Position numbers and translations under genes: made by a program. A stretch of 64,000 nt of DNA from Phage NC-G, in sequence record MK310184. The stretch is one strand, 5' to 3'. The notes under the pieces are model-generated. The model saw only the letters and a program-made list of their open reading frames with translations. It searched no databases and was not told where the DNA came from. Positions 43,084 through 52,094 of this stretch are shown piece after piece. How positions within the stretch are numbered: the first letter of the stretch is position 1; the number at the start of each line of letters is the position of its first letter.

Positions 43084-44459
43084 AGAGCCTCCAAATCTTT
43101 AACATACTCAGTTACAACATCAGTGGTTTTCCAGTATTGATGCTCTTCTTTCTTGGCCTTGGCTTCCAAAGCCAGTTTCTTAGCTTCATCGGACGTGATA
43201 TGGAAAATGTTCATTGCTACGAGTTTATCGGCATATTCACCATAGACTTTATTGCTGGCCAATTCTTCGGTTAAAACCTTACGGGTCTTACCTTGGATAA
43301 CCACTACACCATCAATAACATCTTTAATGAATGTAGCTTTGGCCAATGCCAGTTTGAAAGCTTCTTCGGTTTCGATGATTTTACCATCAATACGTTTTTG
43401 TACAAAGGTCTTACGGACCTCAACGAAATCACGAATCAGTTCAACTACATCTTCGTAAACCTTAAGTTTACCTTTTTCATTAATGACGGTCAGGTTTTGC
43501 GAACGACGTTCGATTAACCCAAAGTCCTTCATGATTTTTTCGTGCTTCTTATTTTCTTCAGTAGGCAATTCGTATTCTTTACGAATCTTAACCTTGAAGC
43601 CGAAACCATTCTCGTCACAGTCGTCATCATACGTGATATACCCTTTGTCTTCTAAAGGGTCCAGAACCTTAGCTACATACGTTTCACGGTCATATTTGTA
43701 CGGGATTTCTGTGATATGCATTTGGGTTCGAGATGTGAATTTATACGTTCCACGAATCTCATAACTACCCGGTTCAATCTCAACCACATCACCACGGAAT
43801 TCCGGATAAGCCACCTTAGGCTTGGTTACGCGTTTTTCTTGAAGAACCTGCAATACAGCTTTCTTAACAGAATCAAAACTATGAGGAAGAATATTAGTTG
43901 CATAACCAGTTGCAATACCGGAAATACCATTAAGAAGAACAGTAGGAATAATAGGCAGATAAAAAGCTGGTGGCTTATGTTCAACATCCGCATGAACCGG
44001 AGCATATTCTGTATCCTTATAAACCTTTGCGAAATTAGTTCCAATACGTGCAAAAATATAACGAGAGGCTGCAGCCTTTTGAACCAAACGAGAACCAAAG
44101 TTACCTTGCCCATCCAACAGTGGGAAGTTGTTGTTCCATGTGTTAGCCATCAAAGCACCTGCTTCCTGAGCAGAGCCTTCACCATGGTGATATCCAAGGT
44201 CGGCTACACCGCCTGCAATAGAAGCTAGTTTGTGGAATTTTTCTTTATTACCACGAGCCATATCAAGACAACGAGCAACTACAAAACGTTGTACAGGTTT
44301 AAAACCGTCAATCATATTTGGAATGGCGCGGTTTTCGACAGTATACATTGCGTAAGCCAGCGCTTCGTTGTCGATAATGCTTTTTAAGTCACGACGAGTA
44401 AAAGCGTCATCGTAAACATCTAAGGATTGTTTAAAAAGGGTATCAATTACATCAGCCAT
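43080..44459 (-). CDS. 52: DNA topoisomerase II medium subunit (GyrA-like)
   Basis: 459 aa; FKPVQRFVVARCLDMA and catalytic Tyr region. Confidence 0.9.
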   Translation of the reverse strand: MADVIDTLFKQSLDVYDDAFTRRDLKSIIDNEALAYAMYTVENRAIPNMIDGFKPVQRFVVARCLDMARGNKEKFHKLASIAGGVADLGYHHGEGSAQEAGALMANTWNNNFPLLDGQGNFGSRLVQKAAASRYIFARIGTNFAKVYKDTEYAPVHADVEHKPPAFYLPIIPTVLLNGISGIATGYATNILPHSFDSVKKAVLQVLQEKRVTKPKVAYPEFRGDVVEIEPGSYEIRGTYKFTSRTQMHITEIPYKYDRETYVAKVLDPLEDKGYITYDDDCDENGFGFKVKIRKEYELPTEENKKHEKIMKDFGLIERRSQNLTVINEKGKLKVYEDVVELIRDFVEVRKTFVQKRIDGKIIETEEAFKLALAKATFIKDVIDGVVVIQGKTRKVLTEELASNKVYGEYADKLVAMNIFHITSDEAKKLALEAKAKKEEHQYWKTTDVVTEYVKDLEAL

Positions 44460-44596
44460 AATTTTACCATACTAGTGAATGAATAACCATAATAACATCG
44501 GAAATAAAAAGCACAACTTGGATAAGACCGAATATTACTCCATAATACAGTGCTACAAATAAAGCAGCAAGGGCTACAGAGTAGCCCAAGATTTTC

Positions 44597-44758
44597 TTAA
44601 TCATTTTTAATCATCTTAAGTAAGCCGACAGAAGTAGAAAGCACCCAGCCAATAAACAGAAAACTTAAGAATACCGGACCAGGGGTCCACACACCTAAAA
44701 AGAAGCAAACTGAACAGACTATAGCCATAATAAGTTCAATAAAAACTAGGATAATCAT
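44597..44758 (-). CDS. Small membrane protein (53 aa; ac-like position)
   Basis: Start at MIILVFIELIM; the longer track ORF runs through an upstream hairpin. Confidence 0.45.
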   Translation of the reverse strand: MIILVFIELIMAIVCSVCFFLGVWTPGPVFLSFLFIGWVLSTSVGLLKMIKND

Positions 44759-44768
44759 ATTTTCCTCA

Positions 44769-44876
44769 TTAGCGTCCGAAGACGCCTTTAGTTTTAAGAT
44801 TGATACGATAGAACTGCATCGCATGTTCATTATGGAAATTACTCCGTAATACAGTAGCCCAAGATTTCTTAATCAT
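44769..44876 (-). CDS. stp: Stp-like peptide, copy A (35 aa, N-terminally extended)
   Basis: Hand translation gives [35 protein letters not shown]; the core resembles T4 Stp as I recall it. Confidence 0.55.
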   Translation of the reverse strand: MIKKSWATVLRSNFHNEHAMQFYRINLKTKGVFGR

Positions 44877-45022
44877 TTTTTGGTAAAGGCCTGTAGAATC
44901 AGAACAAATGCCAATATGAATTGTGGAATGGCCTGAGAAATGACCGAAGTTTCACCTGTTGTAATAGTCCAAATACCTAGATAAGTCCAAATACCCGCAG
45001 CAAAACCTTGTAAAATATTCAT
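44873..45022 (-). CDS. Small membrane protein (49 aa)
   Basis: [49 protein letters not shown]; ATGA overlap with the stp-A start. Confidence 0.4.
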   Translation of the reverse strand: MNILQGFAAGIWTYLGIWTITTGETSVISQAIPQFILAFVLILQAFTKK

Positions 45023-45029
45023 ATTTTCC

Positions 45030-45110
45030 TCAAGGGCGTCCGAAGACGCCAGTTAATTTCAGATTATGACGGTGCCATTGCATCACATGTTCATTATAGA
45101 AATTACTCAT
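45030..45110 (-). CDS. stp: Stp-like peptide, copy B (26 aa)
   Basis: Hand translation gives [26 protein letters not shown]; same length as T4 Stp. Confidence 0.6.
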   Translation of the reverse strand: MSNFYNEHVMQWHRHNLKLTGVFGRP

Positions 45111-45276
45111 AGATACCACACATTTTGCATAAACGTTCAAAACAAATATAACCACCACATAAACACATCATGACGGCAACTTTATCATTAAAGGGCATAC
45201 CGAAAGCCATAAAGGCTCCGGTAACTACTAATGAAGCTAAAACAAATAGATAACCCATTACAAAGAACGTTCTCAT
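45103..45276 (-). CDS. Small membrane protein (57 aa)
   Basis: [57 protein letters not shown]; start 1 nt after the ndd-like stop. Confidence 0.4.
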   Translation of the reverse strand: MRTFFVMGYLFVLASLVVTGAFMAFGMPFNDKVAVMMCLCGGYICFERLCKMCGIYE

Positions 45277-45277
45277 A

Positions 45278-45727
45278 TTAATAACTCTGTAGAACGAATT
45301 TAAAGTTATCAGCCAACATGCGGTTCATTTCTTCCAGGGTCTGAAGGTCGGAACTATGGTTGCGAGTGAAAGCCATTGCAATTTGACCCTTACCAAAACC
45401 TGTAGTCAGTGGTTTCATTTTAGAAGCAGGTACATAAAGAACTTCATACACTACACCGTTCACAGCCATAGTGCGAGCTGATTGAGAACGTTTCTTACGG
45501 ATGTTAGCCACAATACCATCAAGACCTTGAGCTGAACGTTGGTTGCCGACATAAAAGCGAGCGGCTACGACACGAGAATCTGCTTCACCTTTAACAAAGA
45601 AGTAGAAGCCTGGCTGGGCAGCGATTTCTTTAGAAGGCTTACCATTTTGGTATTCGCCATTCTTAACATAAGCAACAGTAGTAGCACCAGCAGACAGAAC
45701 GTCACGGCGAGTCATATAAGTATTCAT
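45278..45727 (-). CDS. ndd: Ndd-like protein (nucleoid disruption), assigned by synteny
   Basis: 149 aa immediately upstream of stp, as in T4; sequence identity not independently recalled. Confidence 0.5.
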   Translation of the reverse strand: MNTYMTRRDVLSAGATTVAYVKNGEYQNGKPSKEIAAQPGFYFFVKGEADSRVVAARFYVGNQRSAQGLDGIVANIRKKRSQSARTMAVNGVVYEVLYVPASKMKPLTTGFGKGQIAMAFTRNHSSDLQTLEEMNRMLADNFKFVLQSY

Positions 45728-45804
45728 ATCAATTTCCTCAGTAGATTAATGTTTTGTTATCCAGTCAACGAGAACCATTATAACATGATTCTCGAGGTTG
45801 TAAA

Positions 45805-46149
45805 CTATTTTTGTAGCTGTTCTAAAATAAATCCGCTCGTATAAAAAGAAGCATTATAAACCTTGTTCAGCGGGTTCAAAGCACGTCCGTAAGTATCACG
45901 TAATTCTTTGATAACGTTTTCATAACTCACGTAGTAAGCACTATGATAACCTGGGTCCATACTCATACGAAATTTAATGAACCGATAAAAGCCTGTTTCC
46001 GGGTCTTGAACGAAAACGAAATCAGCACTCGTCATAATCTTTGAATGTACGCCGGGAATCATACTTTGATTGAATGCCACCGATGCATCCTGAAGGCTGA
46101 GTTGTTTAAAGAACATTACCTTAGCATTACCAAAAAATACTTTAGACAT
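45805..46149 (-). CDS. Hypothetical protein (114 aa)
   Basis: ORF. Confidence 0.5.
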   Translation of the reverse strand: MSKVFFGNAKVMFFKQLSLQDASVAFNQSMIPGVHSKIMTSADFVFVQDPETGFYRFIKFRMSMDPGYHSAYYVSYENVIKELRDTYGRALNPLNKVYNASFYTSGFILEQLQK

Positions 46150-46163
46150 AATAATTTCCTCAA

Positions 46164-46430
46164 TTATTCAGAGTCGACTTCTTCTGATAATTCCATCAGT
46201 TCATCAACCGTGAAACACTCGGTATTATTTTCAATAGCAAAACGCTTTTGATAAAAAGGATAATCCAAACAGTTTTCAGTACGAATGGGTCGCTCGCTAT
46301 TATCCATTAAAGGAGAAATACGAATCAATTGTTGACCATTACCTAAGACAAATTTTTCACCAACTGCGATATCTTTAAAAAGTTTCATAATATTTTCCTC
46401 AGAAGTTAAAGAATACACGTACATGGTCAA
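46164..46430 (-). CDS. Hypothetical protein (88 aa)
   Basis: ORF with Shine-Dalgarno. Confidence 0.5.
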   Translation of the reverse strand: MTMYVYSLTSEENIMKLFKDIAVGEKFVLGNGQQLIRISPLMDNSERPIRTENCLDYPFYQKRFAIENNTECFTVDELMELSEEVDSE

Positions 46431-46535
46431 TCATAAAAACTATTGGGAAAATGCTCAATACAACCAATAGCACAAACATGTTCCAAATTGCTTTAAGTAA
46501 GTTTTTCATAATCATCTCCATTAGTTGATAGGTCT

Positions 46536-46564
46536 ATAGTATCATGTCTAATGGAGATGTAAAC
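46536..46564 (-). promoter_or_regulatory. Early promoter (canonical member of the motif family)
   Basis: Minus strand GTTTAC, 17 nt, TACTAT-AGACCTATCAAC. Confidence 0.5.
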
Positions 46565-46654
46565 TGATTTATGCCAATTTCCACAACAATAAACTAAAAC
46601 ATATACAAATAATTGGGATACAAGTCAACCAAATAAGGCACCAGGTTTTGCTAC

Positions 46655-46930
46655 TCATAATACTATCTCTTTTATTTCCATAAACCCATCATTCAGTGCA
46701 TGGCGGAGTTCATAATGGATATCTATACCATCGACATTATCTAATTTACCGTCGATAAGTTTTTGTAAATCTTTTTTTGACGCTATCAAAGGACGAAGAA
46801 ATCTACAATTAGAAAGGGATAATTCCGTAATAACATCTTCACCTGATGCATCGTACATTGCGGCAACAACTTTACCCGTAACTTTGTGTTTAGCGTAATA
46901 TAATTTGATATCCATTTTGTTTCCTCTCAT
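46655..46930 (-). CDS. Hypothetical protein (91 aa)
   Basis: ORF. Confidence 0.5.
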   Translation of the reverse strand: MRGNKMDIKLYYAKHKVTGKVVAAMYDASGEDVITELSLSNCRFLRPLIASKKDLQKLIDGKLDNVDGIDIHYELRHALNDGFMEIKEIVL

Positions 46931-46989
46931 GTAGTTGATAGGAAGATAGTAACACCATCCGTGGCGTATGTAAACACTTATTTTAAAAA

Positions 46990-47610
46990 TTATAAGGCGA
47001 GATACCAGCCGTTGTAATTACTCTTACGGACTAGCTTTTTGATGGATTCTCTGTCACCAGAGAACTTAGGAGTGAACAGGACGTCGCCTGCCTCATTTAC
47101 TGAAGTGTCGAATATAATTATACAGTCTGCAACTTTATGATTCAAGAGCGGTCCCAGGTTAATCCCTTTTCCATAAGGGAAGTCACCCGAGTATCCTGTA
47201 GTGCAGGAAATCCACTTAGAATCGGATTGGTGGGTCTTGACCTCTACACGTAGCCCACAGTACATAGGATGGGCTAAAACATCCCAGGCGTAGGTATAAG
47301 GGTCGTCATGGTCTTCCAGACCACTGTTGACATATCCTTTCAACCAATCAGCAACCATGTACTCTGCATACGTCGCAATAACACACCGAGTCAATACTTC
47401 TTTCTTATCTTGGGATGGGTCCTGGCTTAAGGAATACAATACGGTATCCTTAATCTTGACCTTCATTTCACCTGTTAAATCAGATGTCTTCAGGGTAAAT
47501 GTCGGCATCTTCGACAGTCGAACTAGTCCCGGATTTGACGGATTCATAATCACCACCAATATACAATTCTTCGACGTGAACATTACCAAAATAGATACGA
47601 GAGTTTTCAC
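46990..47610 (-). CDS. Hypothetical protein (possible denB position); start uncertain
   Basis: Track ORF overlaps the upstream gene by 130 nt; internal Met starts give 159 to 185 aa. Confidence 0.4.
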   Translation of the reverse strand: MKTLVSILVMFTSKNCILVVIMNPSNPGLVRLSKMPTFTLKTSDLTGEMKVKIKDTVLYSLSQDPSQDKKEVLTRCVIATYAEYMVADWLKGYVNSGLEDHDDPYTYAWDVLAHPMYCGLRVEVKTHQSDSKWISCTTGYSGDFPYGKGINLGPLLNHKVADCIIIFDTSVNEAGDVLFTPKFSGDRESIKKLVRKSNYNGWYLAL

Positions 47611-47806
47611 TCAATTTACTGTGGTCTAATTTTTTAAGGTTTTCAACTGAATCGAAAATCACATCTGTTGCAAAAAGATGGCCTGTAGCTTTATCAGATT
47701 TGATTACATCTACACAATAAACCTTATCGGCCACATGATTACCCTGGAGATAACTATCTTTGATATCTTCGTCGCCGACGTTCATGAAATTAATCATTTT
47801 ACTCAC
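47480..47806 (-). CDS. Hypothetical protein (108 aa)
   Basis: ORF. Confidence 0.45.
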   Translation of the reverse strand: MSKMINFMNVGDEDIKDSYLQGNHVADKVYCVDVIKSDKATGHLFATDVIFDSVENLKKLDHSKLSENSRIYFGNVHVEELYIGGDYESVKSGTSSTVEDADIYPEDI

Positions 47807-47996
47807 CGAAATAAGAAATACGAACCTCTAAACAATGAGCATATGCACCCATCGCATCCAGTTGTGCAATAAGTAACCCTTGTTGACGGATATCAAGAGT
47901 TTCAAAAACACCACCTTTAATAAACTCTTCGAGAGCATTAATTTTCAGGACCAGTTGGTCATATTCTTCAATTACACATGCTTGGAAACCTAACAT
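47799..47996 (-). CDS. Hypothetical protein (65 aa)
   Basis: ORF with GAGGA Shine-Dalgarno after a hairpin. Confidence 0.45.
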   Translation of the reverse strand: MLGFQACVIEEYDQLVLKINALEEFIKGGVFETLDIRQQGLLIAQLDAMGAYAHCLEVRISYFGE

Positions 47997-48008
47997 AATT
48001 CCTCATTA

Positions 48009-48024
48009 GGAGGCCGAAGCCTCC
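48009..48024 (-). terminator. C(UUCG)G hairpin after rIIB
   Basis: Minus strand ggaggc-uucg-gcctcc. Confidence 0.5.
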
Positions 48025-48034
48025 GTTTATTGAT

Positions 48035-49069
48035 TTAGTATTTGTATTCGTTTGCGAACTGTTCAGTGACGTCTTCCAGAACTTCATAATAACATACACG
48101 CATTTTAGCATCACCGTAATCGACCGGGATACTAACAACATCACGTGGGTTAACTTTGCATGAAACTACTTTACAGTTAGAGTTACCAAAATGACCAATA
48201 TAGCTACGAGAGCAAACGTGCAGACCACTTGAACAAGTTACTTCGTCGTCATCATTTACACGCGAACGAGGCATTTTAACTGGCTTACCTGGCGAGTTAT
48301 CAAACGTACCGGTACGGCAGTCGGTGTAATCAGAGTTAACAACTTTCCATGCGATAAAGTGGCCGTCTTCAGTGATTTTGATATCGTTCGCGACCAGGAA
48401 GTCGAACAGACGCTGTACAGCTTTTTCGCTTGGGTTTTCTAACAGGTTTTCAAGGAACGGCAGGTAGAATTCAAAATCTTCGCCATTTTCCATTGAGGTG
48501 ATAATACGGTCAATCAACCCTGAACGCAATTCGATACCTTGATAAACCAGACGTCCACCTTCAATACGAACGTTACCTTTAACGAAAGCCTTAACAGCTT
48601 CTTTAATGGAAATCAGTTTAATCGCATCATCAAAACGGGATTCTTTAAGGGCCTGTACGATGGCATCAAAATGTTTGTTCTTATTAGTAGTGTTCCATAC
48701 TGTGCGACCTTCAGTGATGGATACGAATTTAGAACTCGCGTTCCAAATAATTTCCGGACGAGAACCACCAATAGTAATATCAACCGGAACAACTCGCGGC
48801 TCATTAGGAACTGTTACTTTAATATTTCCGGTAATAGTCACTTCTGTTGGGGCATTAAGAGGTACAGCAGGCGCTTTTTTAAGAGACTCTGCCATAGAAT
48901 TAGCCACTTGAGAACGTTTAGCTTCTTCAGAATTTTTCAGGACTTTACGGACAGTATCAACAGAAACACTATGCCAATCGGCTAGTTCCTGCTGAGTATA
49001 ATTACCTGTGGCATAAAGGTCAACGATGTCGGCTTGTTCGGATTTGGACAAACATTTAATATTGTACAT
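48035..49069 (-). CDS. rIIB: rIIB protein
   Basis: MYNIKCLSKSEQADIVDLYATGNYTQQELADW matches the T4 rIIB N-terminus; conserved C-terminal region. Confidence 0.92.
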   Translation of the reverse strand: MYNIKCLSKSEQADIVDLYATGNYTQQELADWHSVSVDTVRKVLKNSEEAKRSQVANSMAESLKKAPAVPLNAPTEVTITGNIKVTVPNEPRVVPVDITIGGSRPEIIWNASSKFVSITEGRTVWNTTNKNKHFDAIVQALKESRFDDAIKLISIKEAVKAFVKGNVRIEGGRLVYQGIELRSGLIDRIITSMENGEDFEFYLPFLENLLENPSEKAVQRLFDFLVANDIKITEDGHFIAWKVVNSDYTDCRTGTFDNSPGKPVKMPRSRVNDDDEVTCSSGLHVCSRSYIGHFGNSNCKVVSCKVNPRDVVSIPVDYGDAKMRVCYYEVLEDVTEQFANEYKY

Positions 49070-49083
49070 AATATTTCCTTAGA

Positions 49084-51294
49084 TTAAGCCGCTTCCACGG
49101 CTTTCATGAATTTAACAATTTGAGCTACAGAAGCCTCGGTAATGGATGTTCCACGACGATACATGTAGTCCGAAACTAAATGGTAATCAGATTCAAACTG
49201 TACAGTCATTTTATCATTGTTGCTTGAAGCATTATTGGTTAACGTATTAAACGTGGTATTACAGATTTTCTTGATAACGGAAAGCTTGTCATCAGTGATA
49301 TAACCATGGAAATTCATGTAACGGAATATATCATAGAAATTACTCAGACGAGTATATGCTTCAGTTACCGGCTTGTCACTGAAATACTTGGTCATGAAAT
49401 TAAGCTGAGGGAACTTAGCAATGATTTCAAGGTAATACCGAGCTCGAGTATTGCTACCAAGGTAGTCATCAATATCTACCGCATCCAGTGCTTCGGTATA
49501 AGCTTCTAATGTAGCTTCCATCAAGCATTCGCACTGGCCTAACTTTTTAATCTTTTTGGCAATCTGAGGACGGATGATATGGAATTCGGTAATACCTAAC
49601 AAATTAGCCATACGAGTCATTGTAGTGGTGTTGATGTCAAAGATACCATAAGCTTCGTCCATCCCCATGATATCAGAACGACTGCCAAACAGAACATAAC
49701 CTGTAATTTCTTCTGCTTCTGCGGCGGTCAAATACATTGTCTCTGTTTGCCAACGACCATCTTTAATGAACCAACGATAAGCACTTGGTGTTTTAGGACG
49801 AGGTTCTGATGAACGAACAGTGACCGGAATCCATGGCTTAACAATTTTATTCAGTTCAGAGACTTTATAAAAATGAATTGTATCACCTTTAAAAAGTTCT
49901 TTAACCTTTTCAAGCTGCTGCATTTGCAACATTGAATTCGGGTCGACAAAAATAAGGTCAGTTCCGTATTTAGGAATATTGTTCTCTTTAACAATTTTCT
50001 TAGCCGAAGCACTGTTGTCCATTGCCAGAGCCCAAAGTCCTCGAACCAGAGGTACGCGACCCTTTTCATCGTCATAAACAACATGGATTTCTTTCTTATT
50101 AATGCCTAATAAACCACTAAGTCCTGCTACCGAAGAAGTATTACTACTCGGCTTAATTCGTTTCAAACGTGGGTCCATACAAACTTCGTAAACCACACCT
50201 AAATTAATAAGGTCGTTTTGAAGGGTATAACGCTGGTATAATTTCTCGTATGACAATTTTTCTGTAGTAAACAGGCTAGTTCCACCTTTTTTGGTAAGAT
50301 AGTCACGAGCACTGTAACCAAGGTTAGAAAGGTCGCGATAAACATGGCGTGGATTATCGGATTCCACCCATTCTTGGGTATCGTTTTTAAAGACCACTGC
50401 ATCTAGTGCTTCAATACGAGTTGCAATATTTTCCATTGTGCGTTTATCAAGAGACAGCACTTCACGAGACGGAGCAATATCCAGCGAACCCATAGGGAAC
50501 TTAATATAAACTACATCATGGCGAGTACGCATCCATGTGCCTTTAATATAGGCAGAATCCAATGGATAGACAATACCACCATAAACTGCATAAAGTCCTG
50601 AACGTTCGAAGCTGCCATAATTTGTAGTGGTTACAGGATGGTAATCGTCAAATTCAGGGAAATAATCAACTTCAACACCGTCTACATCACCAAGACCAAT
50701 GAAAGGCCGCATGATATAACGAACTTCAGTTTCAAACTTACGGAAATCTTCTTCATCGACAGGAACCGTGATTTCGATACCTGTTTTGTCACCGGGTTGC
50801 ATCGGTTCAACGAATGTAGGTTTAATCTGCGGGCCATCGCCATCCATATAAGCTACATAACCACGAACTTCACCGTTATGCCATGAGGTGATATTAAACG
50901 TTTCGGTATAACTGAACGGAGATTTTGAACCAAGGCCAAAGCCACCGATGAAATCGTTAGAAGCGGTTTTGGATGATGCGAAATAAGAGTTATACAAACC
51001 TGTTTCGTTTTCATCACCACGAATTTGGAAATCGCTCATACCCGGCCCGAAGTCACGGCATACAAAACGAGGGTCCAGTTTACCAGGAACCTGTACTTTC
51101 CAACGTTCTTTATTACCATTCAGAATATGGGCATCAATCATATTGGTAATTAGTTCACGTACTACAGCACGTACTTTATTACTATAAAGGTCTGATGACA
51201 GAATTTTAAAGACCTTAGGCGAGGCCTGGATAGTAAAGCCTGTGGACTTGGCACCATTACCAATGATTTGTTCTTTTTCGGTTTCAATAATCAT
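49084..51294 (-). CDS. rIIA: rIIA protein
   Basis: 736 aa; N-terminal ATPase-like region; adjacent to rIIB. Confidence 0.9.
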   Translation of the reverse strand: MIIETEKEQIIGNGAKSTGFTIQASPKVFKILSSDLYSNKVRAVVRELITNMIDAHILNGNKERWKVQVPGKLDPRFVCRDFGPGMSDFQIRGDENETGLYNSYFASSKTASNDFIGGFGLGSKSPFSYTETFNITSWHNGEVRGYVAYMDGDGPQIKPTFVEPMQPGDKTGIEITVPVDEEDFRKFETEVRYIMRPFIGLGDVDGVEVDYFPEFDDYHPVTTTNYGSFERSGLYAVYGGIVYPLDSAYIKGTWMRTRHDVVYIKFPMGSLDIAPSREVLSLDKRTMENIATRIEALDAVVFKNDTQEWVESDNPRHVYRDLSNLGYSARDYLTKKGGTSLFTTEKLSYEKLYQRYTLQNDLINLGVVYEVCMDPRLKRIKPSSNTSSVAGLSGLLGINKKEIHVVYDDEKGRVPLVRGLWALAMDNSASAKKIVKENNIPKYGTDLIFVDPNSMLQMQQLEKVKELFKGDTIHFYKVSELNKIVKPWIPVTVRSSEPRPKTPSAYRWFIKDGRWQTETMYLTAAEAEEITGYVLFGSRSDIMGMDEAYGIFDINTTTMTRMANLLGITEFHIIRPQIAKKIKKLGQCECLMEATLEAYTEALDAVDIDDYLGSNTRARYYLEIIAKFPQLNFMTKYFSDKPVTEAYTRLSNFYDIFRYMNFHGYITDDKLSVIKKICNTTFNTLTNNASSNNDKMTVQFESDYHLVSDYMYRRGTSITEASVAQIVKFMKAVEAA

Positions 51295-51301
51295 ATTTTT
51301 C

Positions 51302-51505
51302 TCAATTCAGGTTACGTTTAAAAATATCTGCTACTTCAAGGAGCTCGTCCTTAGTAGCGATGTCGTTGAGTATTTTATATCTGATTTCTTTAAAGCGTTC
51401 TTTAAAATCCTCAGCCGCATTGATATCAAAAAAACGTTGGATTAACCGGAATTCTTTATGAACAGCTTTATCAAACAAATCAATATTGACTTTAAAGTTT
51501 GTCAT
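51302..51505 (-). CDS. Hypothetical protein (67 aa)
   Basis: ORF. Confidence 0.5.
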   Translation of the reverse strand: MTNFKVNIDLFDKAVHKEFRLIQRFFDINAAEDFKERFKEIRYKILNDIATKDELLEVADIFKRNLN

Positions 51506-51815
51506 TTTTAACTACCTCATGTTGAACATATTCTCTGGTAGAACCTAGTTCAGCCAGAATTCTTCTCATAGAACCCATTGTACTTTTGTGCTCTCTGTGG
51601 CGATACAATATCTCTAAAACCTTTTCCTGGACAACAGGAGAGAGCGCCTGGTTATCTTTAATCTTTAAGGCAATAGATTTTACAGCCTTTAAGTATTCTA
51701 ACCCCTTACCGCTTGTAATCACTACTCCTTCATCTTTACAGTTACGAATAGCCGTTTCCATAAAGGATAAAGCCAAGTTGTCAGTGTTCACTATACTATT
51801 ATCTTGCATAATCAT
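51492..51815 (-). CDS. Hypothetical protein (107 aa)
   Basis: ORF with an early promoter motif upstream. Confidence 0.5.
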   Translation of the reverse strand: MIMQDNSIVNTDNLALSFMETAIRNCKDEGVVITSGKGLEYLKAVKSIALKIKDNQALSPVVQEKVLEILYRHREHKSTMGSMRRILAELGSTREYVQHEVVKNDKL

Positions 51816-51870
51816 ATTCTCACCTCTTAGAGAATCGTATCACACTTTTAACCTGTTGTAAACCCCCGAA

Positions 51871-51888
51871 AAGGGCCTTGCGGCCCTT
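51871..51888 (-). terminator. Hairpin terminator
   Basis: aagggcc-ttgc-ggccctt stem-loop, immediately followed on the minus strand by an early-promoter -35 GTTTAC. Confidence 0.5.
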
Positions 51889-51890
51889 GA

Positions 51891-52052
51891 TTAGTTGCTT
51901 GAATCGACTCTATAAACTTGACCACGGGTTTGGTAAACTTCGCCGTCCCATGTTTCAACTGTGATAGTAACGTACTCTGCAAAAAGAGGACGTGTATCTG
52001 TCCAGAGATAACCATATTCACCTGTGACGAGCGTAACCCAGTACTTTCTCAT
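51891..52052 (-). CDS. Small hypothetical protein (53 aa), absent from the ORF track
   Basis: Hand translation gives MRKYWVTLVTGEYGYLWTDTRPLFAEYVTITVETWDGEVYQTRGQVYRVDSSN; AGGAG Shine-Dalgarno upstream. Confidence 0.4.
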   Translation of the reverse strand: MRKYWVTLVTGEYGYLWTDTRPLFAEYVTITVETWDGEVYQTRGQVYRVDSSN

Positions 52053-52067
52053 AAAGTCTCCTTTTAT

Positions 52068-52085
52068 ACGGTACTCATGTACCGT
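52068..52085 (-). terminator. Hairpin after gene 39
   Basis: acggtac-tcat-gtaccgt perfect inverted repeat. Confidence 0.45.
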
Positions 52086-52094
52086 ACGTATTTA

